A stretch of 36,398 nt of DNA from a virus. The notes beneath the pieces are model-generated. The model worked only from the letters and a program-made list of their open reading frames with translations. It ran no database searches and was not told the DNA's origin. Of the stretch, positions 10,864 to 24,128 are shown piece by piece (positions within the stretch are counted from its first letter, which is position 1; every line of letters starts with the position of its first letter). Both the position numbers and the translations under genes were made by a program. The stretch is from UHGV virus genome UHGV-1395479; one strand, given 5' to 3'.

Positions 10864-11438
10864 CGCTTTATTACCATCCTCAGTTGATGCTGCAGCGCAT
10901 AGCCCAGCTCTTTCGGAAGACGTTCACGCCGTATCCGTTCAATATTCTGTTTAAACGCCGTGGTCAGCGGCACCGCCATCGGGATTTTCACCACATCAAT
11001 GGGGTAACGGTTTTTCCCGGCCACACGCTGCATGACATGCCACCGGCCATTTTTCAGTTGCTGAATAAACGCGCCGGGAATACGACGGTTACCCACCACA
11101 AGCACACTGCCGCCACCTTTCAGGGCTGAACGCTGCCCCTTTTTACGACGCCTGCGTCGGGACAGGACAACCCGCGCGTTACCCAGCTTTATTACGGGCA
11201 AATCCCCCCGGTTAACCTTGATTCTGGCCTGCGGATTTTTGACCGTGGCCCTTTTCAGCCTGGCCCTTTCCTTTACCAGTTTCCGGCGTACCTTTGTCTC
11301 ACGGGCAACCTGTACCACCGACTGCGATATCGCGGATGAAGCAACGCGGTTAATGGCCATTGCGGCGGCACCGGGCACCGCCGTTCTGCTGATACGGCTG
11401 AGGTTTTCAACGGCCTGCTCAAGACCTTTTATGGCCAT
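10860..11438 (-). CDS. Z: Tail completion protein Z
   Basis: 192 aa, MAIKGLEQAVENLSRISRTAVPGAAAMAINRV... matches lambda gpZ. Confidence 0.9.
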   Translation of the reverse strand: MAIKGLEQAVENLSRISRTAVPGAAAMAINRVASSAISQSVVQVARETKVRRKLVKERARLKRATVKNPQARIKVNRGDLPVIKLGNARVVLSRRRRRKKGQRSALKGGGSVLVVGNRRIPGAFIQQLKNGRWHVMQRVAGKNRYPIDVVKIPMAVPLTTAFKQNIERIRRERLPKELGYALQHQLRMVIKR

Positions 11439-11449
11439 ACATCCCCCTT

Positions 11450-11803
11450 TCAGCGGCGACGGTTAACGGCAGGCGGTACGCCCCGCCCAAGCCAGAGATG
11501 ACAGCTTCCGCCATCATCCGGCGAAATCCGGTCTATCCAGAAGTTTTCCTCACCGATGGTCAGCGTGTCGCCGCGCCGCAGCTGCCGCACATCATCAGTC
11601 CGGACAAACAGGGACGGGCTGGAGCCTTCAACGCGCACGCCCTGTCCGGCATAGCTGATATTTTCAGGGTCATCAAAAACACCACGTATCACAGCACCGG
11701 ACTGCTCACCGGATGTCATGGTGGCTGACGTTCCCATGTACCCGCGTATCGTTTCATCGGCGCAGGCAATGGCAGCATCGAACAGGTTATCGAAATCAGC
11801 CAC
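11450..11803 (-). CDS. FII: Head-tail joining protein FII
   Basis: 117 aa, MADFDNLFDAAIACADETIRGYMG... matches lambda gpFII. Confidence 0.9.
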   Translation of the reverse strand: MADFDNLFDAAIACADETIRGYMGTSATMTSGEQSGAVIRGVFDDPENISYAGQGVRVEGSSPSLFVRTDDVRQLRRGDTLTIGEENFWIDRISPDDGGSCHLWLGRGVPPAVNRRR

Positions 11804-11814
11804 AGCGCCTCCCG

Positions 11815-12210
11815 TTATTGCATTCTGGCCAGGCCGCGCTCTGTCATTTCAGCTGCCACACCGGCAGAGACACGAAACGCCGTTCCCGGCAGCACAAATG
11901 CCACAGCCTCATCCCGCGTGGCGTGAAGTGCATCAGTATGCAGCGTCACCAGTGCCACAACCGTGACCAGATCAGCCGTATCAGTCACGGTATCCGGCTG
12001 CGCTGATACAACCTCATTTTCATGCACGGTCAGCACATTTTCCGGGCTGACAGACGTGTCCTGACCGGCTGCGTCATCCGTGTCATCAAGCTCCTCTTCC
12101 AGCTCTGCCACACGGAGCGCCAGTTCTTCTTTCGTCCCCGTCAGGCTGACATCACGGTTCAGTTGCTCACCCAGCGAACGGAGACGGGCAATCAGTTCAT
12201 CTTTCGTCAT
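11815..12210 (-). CDS. FI: DNA packaging / head assembly protein FI
   Basis: Lambda gpFI-like from MTKDELIARLRSLGEQLNRDVSLTGTKEELALRV...; start set at internal Met at 12210 (132 aa) rather than the maximal ORF start at 12249. Confidence 0.85.
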   Translation of the reverse strand: MTKDELIARLRSLGEQLNRDVSLTGTKEELALRVAELEEELDDTDDAAGQDTSVSPENVLTVHENEVVSAQPDTVTDTADLVTVVALVTLHTDALHATRDEAVAFVLPGTAFRVSAGVAAEMTERGLARMQ

Positions 12211-12251
12211 GGACTCCTCCACAGAGAGAAAATGGCCCCGAAGGGCCATGA

Positions 12252-13277
12252 TTACGCCAGTTGAACGGACACGAACTCATCAGGATCAGCCAGCAGCATC
12301 AGCGGTGCTGACTGAATCATGGTGAACTCTCGCGCCGGATCGCCGGATGTCTTCCAGTTTTTCGGATAACGGGGAGACGCATTAATACCCTCACTCAATG
12401 CATCCGCATCCTGAATACAGCCATAGGTGCGCAGACCGCGTGCATGAGTGTTACCCAGCACCATCGTGTTGTCCGGCAGGAAGTTCTTTTTGACGCCGTT
12501 TTCCACGTACTGTCCGGAATACACGACGATGGCCACATCGCCATACATTCCCTTATAAGACACCGCTTTGCCCAGGTCTTTTACCGCTGTCTCCAGTTCG
12601 GAATGAGAGCCGCGACGGGTATCCAGCTTCTCCCTGACGGCTTTGAAGGAACGGAACAGCGCCCAGCCTTTCGGGTCAAACACGATGATATTCACCACAC
12701 CGCTGGCGTTCAGCGCGTAGGCTTCGATATCGTCGGTCGGGTCATACGTGGACTTGTCGCGCTTGCTCCACCCCGTGCTGCCGGACTGCGTGATGTTATT
12801 CGCTTCACTGCGACCCATATCCACCTCAACCGGATCGAAGGCTTCACCGGTCATGGTGTATTTGCCCTTAAGCACGGCAGAAACTGCCTGCATCTCTTCG
12901 ACCTGAGCAATGGCCAGCTCTTCGTCACGCATGTTCTGCATGATGATGCGACGGCGGCGGTAAGCCGGGTCCGCCAGATTCTGCGGATCTTCATCCGGCA
13001 GGCGACGCAGGGTCATCTGCGGATTCACTTCATGCTTCGGCTTGACATATCCCGGCGTAAATTCAGAGGTGGAGCCGCCACGGGAACGGATAACCTCACC
13101 GGAAACAATCGGCGAAACGTACAGCGCCATGTTTACCAGTCCCGGAATTTGTGAGAGATAGACTTTCTCCGTAGTGAAGGGATAGCTCTCACGGAAAAAG
13201 AGACGCAGAAACAGCGGATCAAACTTAAATTTCTGCTCATTTGCCGCCAGCAGCTGGGCGGTTGTGTACATCGACAT
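12252..13277 (-). CDS. E: Major capsid protein E
   Basis: Lambda gpE-like from MSMYTTAQLLAANEQKFKFDPLFLRLFFRESYPF...; start placed at 13277 (341 aa) rather than 13304. Confidence 0.95.
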   Translation of the reverse strand: MSMYTTAQLLAANEQKFKFDPLFLRLFFRESYPFTTEKVYLSQIPGLVNMALYVSPIVSGEVIRSRGGSTSEFTPGYVKPKHEVNPQMTLRRLPDEDPQNLADPAYRRRRIIMQNMRDEELAIAQVEEMQAVSAVLKGKYTMTGEAFDPVEVDMGRSEANNITQSGSTGWSKRDKSTYDPTDDIEAYALNASGVVNIIVFDPKGWALFRSFKAVREKLDTRRGSHSELETAVKDLGKAVSYKGMYGDVAIVVYSGQYVENGVKKNFLPDNTMVLGNTHARGLRTYGCIQDADALSEGINASPRYPKNWKTSGDPAREFTMIQSAPLMLLADPDEFVSVQLA

Positions 13278-13332
13278 AAAAAAATCCCGTAAAAAAAGCC
13301 GCACAGGCGGCCTTTAGTGATGAAGGGTCAGG

Positions 13333-13665
13333 TTAAACGATGCTGATTGCCGTTCCGGCAAACGCGGTCCGTTTTTTCGCCTCGTCGCTGGCAGCCTCCG
13401 GCCAGAGCACATCCTCATAACGGAACGTGCCGGACTTGTAGAACGTCAGCGTGGTGCTGGTCTGGTCAGCAGCAACAGCAAGAATGCCAACGGCAGCACC
13501 GTCGGTGGTGCCATCCCACGCAACCAGCTTACGGGTGGAGGTATCCGGCATCAACGGAGTCATTGCTGGCGTTTTCTTACTCAATCCGCCGGGCGCGGTT
13601 GCGGTATGAGCCGGGTCACTGTTGCCCAGCGGCTGGTAATGGGTAAAGGTTTCTTTGCTCGTCAT
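13333..13665 (-). CDS. D: Capsid decoration protein D
   Basis: Lambda gpD-like from [29 protein letters not shown]...; start set at 13665 (110 aa). Confidence 0.9.
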   Translation of the reverse strand: MTSKETFTHYQPLGNSDPAHTATAPGGLSKKTPAMTPLMPDTSTRKLVAWDGTTDGAAVGILAVAADQTSTTLTFYKSGTFRYEDVLWPEAASDEAKKRTAFAGTAISIV

Positions 13666-13674
13666 AAACATCCC

Positions 13675-14070
13675 TTACACTGGTGTGTTCAGCAAATCGT
13701 TAACGGCATCAGATGCCGGGTTACCTGCAGCCAGCGGTGCCGGTGCCCCCTGCATCAGACGATCCAGCGCAGTGTCACTGCGCGCCTGTGCACTCTGTGG
13801 TGCTGCGGCCAGAATGCGGCGGGCCGTTTCCACGGTCATTCCGGGGGTTTCTGCCAGAACGCGCGCCTGTTCTTCGCGTCCGTGAGCCTCCTCACAGTTG
13901 AGGATCCCCATAATGCGGCTGTTTTCTGCCGCAACCGCAGCGGTGATCTGCGCGTTCACGTCCGGCTGCGCCGCGCTGGCGTTTTCGCCCTCCGTCGCTG
14001 GCACCACGTCAGTAACGTCAGCCTGCGAAGCAGTGGCTGAAACAGTTGTTGATTGAGTCTCTTTGGTCAT
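13675..14070 (-). CDS. Nu3: Scaffolding protein Nu3 (in-frame internal start within C)
   Basis: Internal Met MTKETQSTTVSATASQ... in the C frame gives 131 aa sharing the C stop, as for lambda Nu3; assignment by analogy to lambda only. Confidence 0.6.
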   Translation of the reverse strand: MTKETQSTTVSATASQADVTDVVPATEGENASAAQPDVNAQITAAVAAENSRIMGILNCEEAHGREEQARVLAETPGMTVETARRILAAAPQSAQARSDTALDRLMQGAPAPLAAGNPASDAVNDLLNTPV

Positions 14071-14974
14071 TCGCCCTCCTGAGAGACGGGATTTACGTGC
14101 ATCCAGTGCATCACGCATGACGGTGATCGCATCGGTGCTGTTGACAAGTTCATCAGCCAGTCCGGCATCAATGGCCTCCTGACCGCTGTACACTGCAGCC
14201 TCGGTATCCAGCACAGCCTGCACGGACAGGCCGGTATATGCCGACACCTTCTGCGCAAACATCCGGCGGGTTGCATCCATCCGGGACTGCAGTGTCTCCC
14301 GGACATCATCCGGTAGATGGCTGTAGGGGTTGCCATCCACCTTATGGCTGCCGCTGTAAATCAGCGTGATTTCCACGCCCTGTTTCTCCAGCGCAGCACC
14401 GTAATTACTGTGAGCCATCATGACGCCGATGGAGCCTGTCCGGGCGGTCTGCGTGACCAGACGCCGGGAGGCGGCACTGGCAAGCAGCTGACCTGCGCTG
14501 CAGTTCATGTCATTGGCCAGCGCCCATACCGGCTTTATGTCACGCACACGGGCGATGATGTCAGCGCAGTCAAATGCCCCTGCCACCATCCCGCCTGGCG
14601 TATCCATATCGAGCAGAATGCCATCCACCATCGGGTCGCTGGCAGCCTGTTGCAGACGGGCGATAATGCCGTTGTAACCGGTCATTCCCGAATACGGCTG
14701 CAGCGCCCGCGTCCGGCTGACCAGCGTGCCGGACACCGCCAGCACGGCGATGCCGTTCATGACCTGATAACTGCGGGCCTGTCGTGGTCCGTCATCATCA
14801 CCGGATAACGCCAGCGCCGCGGGTGCCTCTCCGGCAGTCAGGCTGTCGCCGGATACTGCATCCGTCAGGCGGCTGATCCCAAGCTGGCCTGCAAGCGCAC
14901 AAAAGAAAACCCGCGCATAGGCGGGTTCAAGCATCAGCGGCTCATTAAAGGCCATGCTGGCAATATGCGGGAGA

Positions 14975-14994
<20 letters not shown>
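13675..14994 (-). CDS. C: Head protease / minor capsid protein C
   Basis: Lambda gpC-like (..TAELRNLPHIASMAFNEPLMLEPAYARVFFCALAGQ..); start placed at the GTG codon at 14994 to give lambda-like 439 aa; the maximal ORF (to 15129) overlaps B. Confidence 0.85.
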
Positions 14995-18675
<3,681 letters not shown>

Positions 18676-18701
<26 letters not shown>

Positions 18702-19221
18702 TCAGCAACCCCGGTATCAGTTCATCCAGCGCGGCTGCTTTGTTCATGGCTTTGATGATATCCCGTTTCAGGAAATCAACATGTCGGTTTTCCAGTTCCG
18801 GAAAACGCCGCTGCACCGACAGGGGGATCCCGTCGAGAATACTGGCAATTTCACCTGCGATCCGCGACAGCACGAAAGTACAGAATGCGGTTTCCACCAC
18901 TTCAGCGGAGTCTCTGGCATTCTTCAGTTCCTGTGCGTCGGCCTGCGCACGCGTAAGTCGATGGCGTTCGTACTCAATAGTCCCTGGCTGGAGATCTGCC
19001 TCGCTGGACTGCCGCAGTTCTTCAACCTCCCGGCGCAGCTTTTCGTTCTCAATTTCAGCATCCCTTTCGGCATACCATTTTATGACGGCGGCAGAGTCAT
19101 AAAGCACCTCATTACCCTTGCCACCGCCTCGCAGAACGGGCATTCCCTGTTCCTGCCAGTTCTGAATGGTACGGATACTCGCACCGAAAATGTCAGCCAG
19201 CTGCTTTTTGTTGACTTCCAT
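18676..19221 (-). CDS. Nu1: Terminase small subunit Nu1
   Basis: 181 aa, MEVNKKQLADIFGASIRTIQNWQEQGMPV... matches lambda gpNu1 (N-terminal HTH). Confidence 0.95.
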
Positions 19222-19398
19222 TGTTCATTCCACGGCCAAAAACAGAGAAAGGAAACGACAAAGGCCCAAAAGTTCGTTTTCAGCACCTGTCGTTTCCTTT
19301 CTTTTCAGGGGGTATTTTAAATAAAAACATTAAGTTACGACGAAGAAGAACGGAAACGCCTTAAACCGGAAAATTTTCATAAATAGCGAAAACCCGCG
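19222..19398. promoter_or_regulatory. cosB-like region (terminase small-subunit binding sites)
   Basis: Reverse complement of 19222-19410 is near-identical to the first ~190 nt of the lambda genome as recalled (GGGCGGCGACCTCGCGGGTTTTCGCTATTTATGAAAATTTTCCGG...). Confidence 0.7.
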
Positions 19399-19410
19399 AG
19401 GTCGCCGCCC
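19399..19410. other. cos: cosN cohesive-end site (12-nt overhang sequence GGGCGGCGACCT on minus strand)
   Basis: Plus strand AGGTCGCCGCCC at 19399-19410 is the exact reverse complement of the lambda cohesive end; located immediately upstream of Nu1. Confidence 0.9.
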
Positions 19411-19845
19411 CGTAGCCTGCCGGATTGCCGGAAAGGACCCGTCAGCCGTTCTGGTCGACTTCGTAATGGGATTTAATAGCTGAACGACAAAAGTCGTGCG
19501 ACCACGGTTGCACAGACCTGAATACACGTCCTGTTTCTTCCACCCCCGCACAGGACTGGCGAGTATGAGGGACAAACCCGCGAATCATAAACGCGGTAAA
19601 AACCCGGTGTGCATCGTTTTTGATTATTCCCGCACACTCGCGCAGAAGGAATTCCCCGTCGGGCTACGGTCATGGTTAATGCGGGAATACGGCGACGATA
19701 CAGCGCATAATGTGTCAGGCTTGAATACCTTTATCGAATCCCGGTAACGAATTCTCCTGACGTTCCAGTCAGGTGATGATATGCATGGTGAGATTCAGAT
19801 ATGAAAAAGCCCCACTAAAAGCGAGGCCATAAATCACTTAATATC

Positions 19846-20220
19846 TTATTGAGGACGCTGGAGTAATCCGTGCTGAGCGAGAGTTAGAGCAATGTCATAA
19901 GACCCTTGCCTGTCTTTATAGCAAGTTTTATCAACTAGCTCAGCTTTGCTAATTCCGGGTAAATCAAGAATCAGATTCGCAACTTCAATTGCCCTTTGGT
20001 ACAACTTACCGATCTTTTTCTCCCCATGATGTGGTTTTACATTCTTCAGATAACCGCTATCCGCCAGAGCGAGAAACGTTGCCCTTGGGCATCCCTTCTT
20101 TCTTGCCGATTCGCTTTCTGTAACCTCAGCGACAGCAGCCTCCCATGCATCACGAGGAGACATTGAGTTATGAGCAACCAATTGATAAGCATTTAAAGCG
20201 GCTTGAGCGTATTGAGACAT
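19846..20220 (-). CDS. Hypothetical protein (moron between Rz and cos)
   Basis: ORF 19846-20271; start preferred at internal ATG 20220 (MSQYAQAALNAYQLVAHNSM..., 125 aa); AT-richer than flanking DNA by eye; no motif recognised. Confidence 0.5.
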   Translation of the reverse strand: MSQYAQAALNAYQLVAHNSMSPRDAWEAAVAEVTESESARKKGCPRATFLALADSGYLKNVKPHHGEKKIGKLYQRAIEVANLILDLPGISKAELVDKTCYKDRQGSYDIALTLAQHGLLQRPQ

Positions 20221-20258
20221 AATGCATCCATATACAAAAATCTTATGATAAGACTTTT

Positions 20259-20702
20259 CTAATATGAACACTGTGATCTCACATACTCTTGCAGACCATT
20301 CAATTGGTTAGTTACGGTTTCGATGCGCTCTCTGAGAACGAAATAATCCCGTTGAGCGGTGTCAGTAAGTCTGGGGCTGGCACCATCATCCACGCCGGAG
20401 GCGGCGGTGGTTTTATGCATGTCCTGACAGACTGCTTTGACGCGCAGCCACTTACGACCAGCAAAAACATCAGCACGTAGACTTTCGATAGTCGCGTTAG
20501 CATCAGCAAGCTCCTTTGTGTATCTGGCGTCGAGTTCTGCTACATCACGTTGACGCTTCTGCATGTCAGCGATAGTAGATGCGGCTTTGTCGCGCTGCTC
20601 TTTGTAGGCGATGGCGTTATCACGGTAATGATTAACAGCCCATGACAGGCAGACGATGATGCAGATAACCAGAGCGGAGATAATCGCGGTTACTCTGCTC
20701 AT
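20259..20702 (-). CDS. Rz: Spanin, inner-membrane subunit Rz
   Basis: [31 protein letters not shown]... matches lambda Rz (N-terminal TM, coiled coil); directly downstream of R. Confidence 0.9.
   Translation of the reverse strand: MSRVTAIISALVICIIVCLSWAVNHYRDNAIAYKEQRDKAASTIADMQKRQRDVAELDARYTKELADANATIESLRADVFAGRKWLRVKAVCQDMHKTTAASGVDDGASPRLTDTAQRDYFVLRERIETVTNQLNGLQEYVRSQCSY
20312..20509 (-). CDS. Rz1: Spanin, outer-membrane lipoprotein subunit Rz1 (embedded in Rz in +1 frame)
   Basis: Embedded ORF with lipobox-like LLVVSGCAS and polyproline KPPPPPAW motif as in lambda Rz1. Confidence 0.85.
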   Translation of the reverse strand: MLMLTRLSKVYVLMFLLVVSGCASKQSVRTCIKPPPPPAWMMVPAPDLLTPLNGIISFSESASKP

Positions 20703-21175
20703 ACCTCAATCTCTCTGACCGTTCCGCCAGCTTCTTTGAATTTTGCAATCAGGCTGTCAGCCTTATGCTCGAACTGACCATAACCAGCGCCCGGCAGTGA
20801 AGCCCAGATATTGCTGCAACGGTCAATTGCCTGACGAATATCACCGCGATCAATCATCGGTAAAGCGCCACGCTCCTTAATCTGTTGCAATGCCACAGCG
20901 TCCTGACTTTTCGGAGAGAAGTCTTTCAGAGCAAGCTGCTTACGGTAAGCATCCCACCAGCGTGAAAGAAGCTGATAACGTCCGGCGGCTGTTGATTTTA
21001 GTTTTGGGTTTAGTGTGACAAGTTTGCGAGGGTGATCGGAGTAATCAGTAAACAGTTCACCACCGACAATAACATCATAACCGTGGTTACGTGTCGGTTG
21101 TCGCCCGTTATCCGTTCCTTCTGACCATGCAACCATATCCAGGAAAGCTTTACGCTGGGAATTTAGTACCTGCAT
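20699..21175 (-). CDS. R: Endolysin R (lytic transglycosylase)
   Basis: 158 aa, ..[49 protein letters not shown]... matches lambda R. Confidence 0.95.
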   Translation of the reverse strand: MQVLNSQRKAFLDMVAWSEGTDNGRQPTRNHGYDVIVGGELFTDYSDHPRKLVTLNPKLKSTAAGRYQLLSRWWDAYRKQLALKDFSPKSQDAVALQQIKERGALPMIDRGDIRQAIDRCSNIWASLPGAGYGQFEHKADSLIAKFKEAGGTVREIEV

Positions 21176-21178
21176 AAA

Positions 21179-21514
21179 TTACTCCTTCGAGCTACCAAAC
21201 TTGTTACCGATTACTCTCATTGCAGCCCCACGAATAGCATCGACACCGATCAGCCCCACCCCACCACCAATGGCAACAGAAAGCGATTTAGGCCATCCGA
21301 CATACTCAAGCGCGGATGCAAAGGTCAACGTCAGAGCGCCACATAGCAAAATCTCGAGCGTTTTTCGCTTCCAGCCACCACCACCGCCAAAATAGGCGAT
21401 GCGCAAACCAGCCATAACAATCGACATAATCACTGCGCCCAGCGGCGTATCTCCACGCCACCAGCTCTGAAACAACTCCAGCCAGTCCGGCCAAGTATTT
21501 GGGTTATGAGGCAT
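21179..21514 (-). CDS. Putative holin (three predicted TM segments; not lambda S-like)
   Basis: Immediately upstream of endolysin; three hydrophobic stretches (LGAVIMSIVMAGLRIAYF, TLEILLCGALTLTFASALEYVGW, SLSVAIGGGVGLIGV) and charged C-terminus; start ambiguous between 21574 and internal ATG at 21514. Confidence 0.6.
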   Translation of the reverse strand: MPHNPNTWPDWLELFQSWWRGDTPLGAVIMSIVMAGLRIAYFGGGGGWKRKTLEILLCGALTLTFASALEYVGWPKSLSVAIGGGVGLIGVDAIRGAAMRVIGNKFGSSKE

Positions 21515-21591
21515 TTCGTCATCTCTCACCTCGCGATATTTGCGGGTGCTGTGTAATGGAAATAAAAAGGCCACCTGACGTGGCCACCAGA

Positions 21592-22644
21592 TTATTTCCC
21601 CACCAGCTCGTTTATCTCTTTCACTGTCTGGTTAAACCGCTCTGACTCAAGCTCAACACCTAAGGCCCGACGCCCCAGCGCCATTGCTGCTTTTATTGTG
21701 GAACCGGATCCCATAAAGAAATCAGCAACCAGATCGCCTTGTCGACTACTGGCACTGATTATTTGCCGGAGCATATCCGCAGGCTTCTCACACGGATGTT
21801 TACCCGGGTAGAACTGAACGGGTTTATGCGTCCAGACGTCGGTATAAGGCACGGAAACTGATACGGAGAAATAGCGCCGGAGAGTTTTAAACTCATCCAG
21901 CAATTCAGAATATTTGCGATTCAGTGAATCATAAGATGCCACCAGCTGGTGGTGTGGTTGTTCCAGTTGTTGTTCCTGAAATTTCTCTGCCGCTATACGG
22001 GAAAACAGTGCCTGCAACTTCCGGTAGTCAGCCTCATTCGGCAACTGCCACTGACTGGCACCAAACCAGTGGGAAACCATATTTTTCTTACCAGTGGCTT
22101 CGGCAATCTGTTTTGCCGTTATACCCAGTTCGGCACGAGCATCCCTGAAATACGAAATCAGCGGTGCCATTATGTGCTGTTTGAGTTCCCTTTCTTTTGC
22201 CGCATAATCGTCACTTTTGCCGCGATATGGCCCCTGGTAATGTTCAGCAAACAGAACGCGCTCTGTAGCGGGGAAATATGCCCGCAGGCTTTCTTTATTA
22301 CACCCGTTCCATCGTCCGGACGGCTTCGCCCAGATGATATGGTTAAGAACGTTGAAACGTTCACGCATCATGATCTCGATATCAGATGCCAGGCGATGTC
22401 CACAGAACAGGTAAAGGCTTCCGGCTGGTTTCAGTACCCGCCAGAACTGGGCCAGACAGTGGTCCAGCCACTTCAGGTAATCTTCGTCCCCTTTCCACTG
22501 ATTGTCCCAGCCGTTGGGCTTCACTTTGAAGTACGGCGGATCGGTAACAATCAGATCAATGGAGTCATCAGGCAGGGACTGAATAAAATGCAGGCAATCA
22601 GCGTTGATTAAATCAACACTGTTTATTTTTACAGTATTCTTCAT
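21592..22644 (-). CDS. Orphan DNA methyltransferase (amino-MTase, N6-adenine or N4-cytosine; DPPY then FxGxG order)
   Basis: 350 aa; N-terminal motif IV LIVTDPPY and C-terminal motif I FFMGSGST (beta-type motif order); no adjacent restriction enzyme gene; sits in late operon upstream of holin. Confidence 0.8.
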   Translation of the reverse strand: MKNTVKINSVDLINADCLHFIQSLPDDSIDLIVTDPPYFKVKPNGWDNQWKGDEDYLKWLDHCLAQFWRVLKPAGSLYLFCGHRLASDIEIMMRERFNVLNHIIWAKPSGRWNGCNKESLRAYFPATERVLFAEHYQGPYRGKSDDYAAKERELKQHIMAPLISYFRDARAELGITAKQIAEATGKKNMVSHWFGASQWQLPNEADYRKLQALFSRIAAEKFQEQQLEQPHHQLVASYDSLNRKYSELLDEFKTLRRYFSVSVSVPYTDVWTHKPVQFYPGKHPCEKPADMLRQIISASSRQGDLVADFFMGSGSTIKAAMALGRRALGVELESERFNQTVKEINELVGK

Positions 22645-22793
22645 GGATCAGTAAGCGTAACTCTGGTAGGCTCACTCTGCTTTTGCGCTAAAGCAGTGGG
22701 CCATGGTTCGCTTGTGACCAGTAAGCATGAGCGAATGGCTGGCAGGTGCTACCAACACCCACCAGCCGCCCATTTTCACAAATTAAAAGCCCT

Positions 22794-22988
22794 TCATTGC
22801 TGAAGGCGTCTGTAACAGCCGAACTGGTAATCTGCCAGCCCCGCCATAACCAGCTGGGTCAGTATTAACTGACAGCGTTCGCGTGAAAGGTATGTGTTTT
22901 GTGCTATCTCCCCGACTGTTGCCGGTTTGCCGTTTAATTCATTAAAAACAACTTTCGCCGTTTCTGTCATATCTTGCTGTTTTAGCAT
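22794..22988 (-). CDS. Small hypothetical protein (64 aa), possibly winged-helix-like
   Basis: ORF with AAGG-type SD upstream; sequence ..ATVGEIAQNTYLSRERCQLILTQLVMAGL.. resembles small HTH proteins; no confident family. Confidence 0.35.
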   Translation of the reverse strand: MLKQQDMTETAKVVFNELNGKPATVGEIAQNTYLSRERCQLILTQLVMAGLADYQFGCYRRLQQ

Positions 22989-23111
22989 GTCTTTTTACCT
23001 TCATGGTTAACATGACATACCAATAACTCTTGTCTAAAAAGCCAGCAAGATAAAAAGTCAGTATTCACGACCACCAGCGTGTTTACCGTACTGCACCAGG
23101 TTTACAGGTAT

Positions 23112-23137
23112 AAAAAAACCCGCTCGACGGCGGGTTT
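23112..23137 (-). terminator. Rho-independent terminator (minus strand), candidate tR'-like or early-operon terminator
   Basis: GC-rich hairpin CCCGC..GCGGG (23119-23134) preceded on plus strand by A7 (23112-23118), i.e. followed by U7 on the minus-strand transcript. Confidence 0.65.
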
Positions 23138-23258
23138 AAGCTGTGTGACGAAGTAATCACTCTTAACACAGTAACGCAATTTTTGCGGACCGCGATAATG
23201 TTTTTTACACCAAAAAAAGGTATTTTATGGAAAAAAATCAAGACATAGCGAGCAAAGA

Positions 23259-24128
23259 GTGACTAAAACAACTTCTTTTCAGATCTTCTACGATGCAGAG
23301 GATAATGAATTAGCACAGCATAAAATTGATGCCAAAACATTAAGCATTTCCATAGGTTCGATGGCAGATTTAATATCAGCAGCTGATAAAAGACTTAATG
23401 ACGGCCAACAAACCGTTAAGTTAATGGTTACTAATCCAGCTGAAGCGGGATCACTCGGCGTATCCTATACGATGATGGAGCTTGTTCCTCATGCCGTCGA
23501 CGTAGCAAAAGTGATTGGCCTAACAGGGATAGCCGGGGCTACTATTGGAGCTCCAGCATTATCACTAATCCGCCAACTGGGCAGCAAGAAAGTAATTTCG
23601 GTAACAAAACGGGCAGGAACAGAAGAATCTGTTCTTGAGCTTGAAGGGGAAGAAATTGTTTGCCATGACTCAGTGGCTAAGTTAGTAACAGATCCAGAAG
23701 TCCGTGATGCCCTTGTGAATGTAGTTCGTGCACCATTAGACGGCAAACAAGGAGCAGTATTTAAGGTGCTGAATGATGAAGGCGAAGAAGTCGTTCGTCT
23801 TGAAGGAAGTGAAACCGAAGAGATCAAACCGCTGCCTAGAGGCACACTACTTGAAAAAGAAGAGTCTGTAGAAGAAGTCAATGTTAGATTCGTACAGATC
23901 AACTTCGAGGGTACAAAGGGTTGGAGAATCGATTATTTAGGCGAAGAGCATGCTGTTACCTTTGAAGATCAGTTGTTTATACACCAAGTTCAAAACGGAA
24001 TCATCAGTTTTACAAAAGAAGATTTGTTTGTTGTTGAGCTAAAAACTATAAAAACTTTCACTGCGCGAAATGCCACAACCAAGTATGCTATAACCAAAGT
24101 AAAACGAAAACGCCCTGCTGAGGCTTGA
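23259..24128 (+). CDS. Hypothetical protein A of an opposite-strand three-gene moron operon (289 aa)
   Basis: GTG start at 23259; long ORF on plus strand amid minus-strand phage genes; AT-rich; acidic, with one hydrophobic Gly-rich stretch (VIGLTGIAGATIGAPALSLI); no catalytic motif recognised. Confidence 0.7.
   Translation: MTKTTSFQIFYDAEDNELAQHKIDAKTLSISIGSMADLISAADKRLNDGQQTVKLMVTNPAEAGSLGVSYTMMELVPHAVDVAKVIGLTGIAGATIGAPALSLIRQLGSKKVISVTKRAGTEESVLELEGEEIVCHDSVAKLVTDPEVRDALVNVVRAPLDGKQGAVFKVLNDEGEEVVRLEGSETEEIKPLPRGTLLEKEESVEEVNVRFVQINFEGTKGWRIDYLGEEHAVTFEDQLFIHQVQNGIISFTKEDLFVVELKTIKTFTARNATTKYAITKVKRKRPAEA

Noticed and set aside
12444-14808. Plus-strand ORFs (12444-13154, 13606-14040, 14317-14808) opposite E, D and C
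   Set aside because: Antisense to head genes whose identity is secure; no independent support.
19473-19747. Small ORFs (19473-19673 minus, 19496-19747 plus) next to cos
   Set aside because: Lie in the cosQ-proximal non-coding region that matches the lambda right end as recalled; translations are Cys/Arg-rich with no start context; no Bor-like protein found.
21924-22611. Plus-strand ORFs (21924-22148, 21949-22611) opposite the methyltransferase
   Set aside because: Antisense to a gene with clear MTase motifs; no motifs of their own.
22645-22793. Possible tRNA genes between Q region and lysis genes (as seen in Stx phages)
   Set aside because: No cloverleaf-compatible sequence or conserved T-arm GTTCGAATC-like motif seen by eye; cannot exclude without tRNAscan.
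23489-23902. 137-aa minus-strand ORF inside operon gene A
   Set aside because: Ser/Thr-rich low-complexity translation antisense to the better-supported plus-strand ORF, which has coupled downstream genes.
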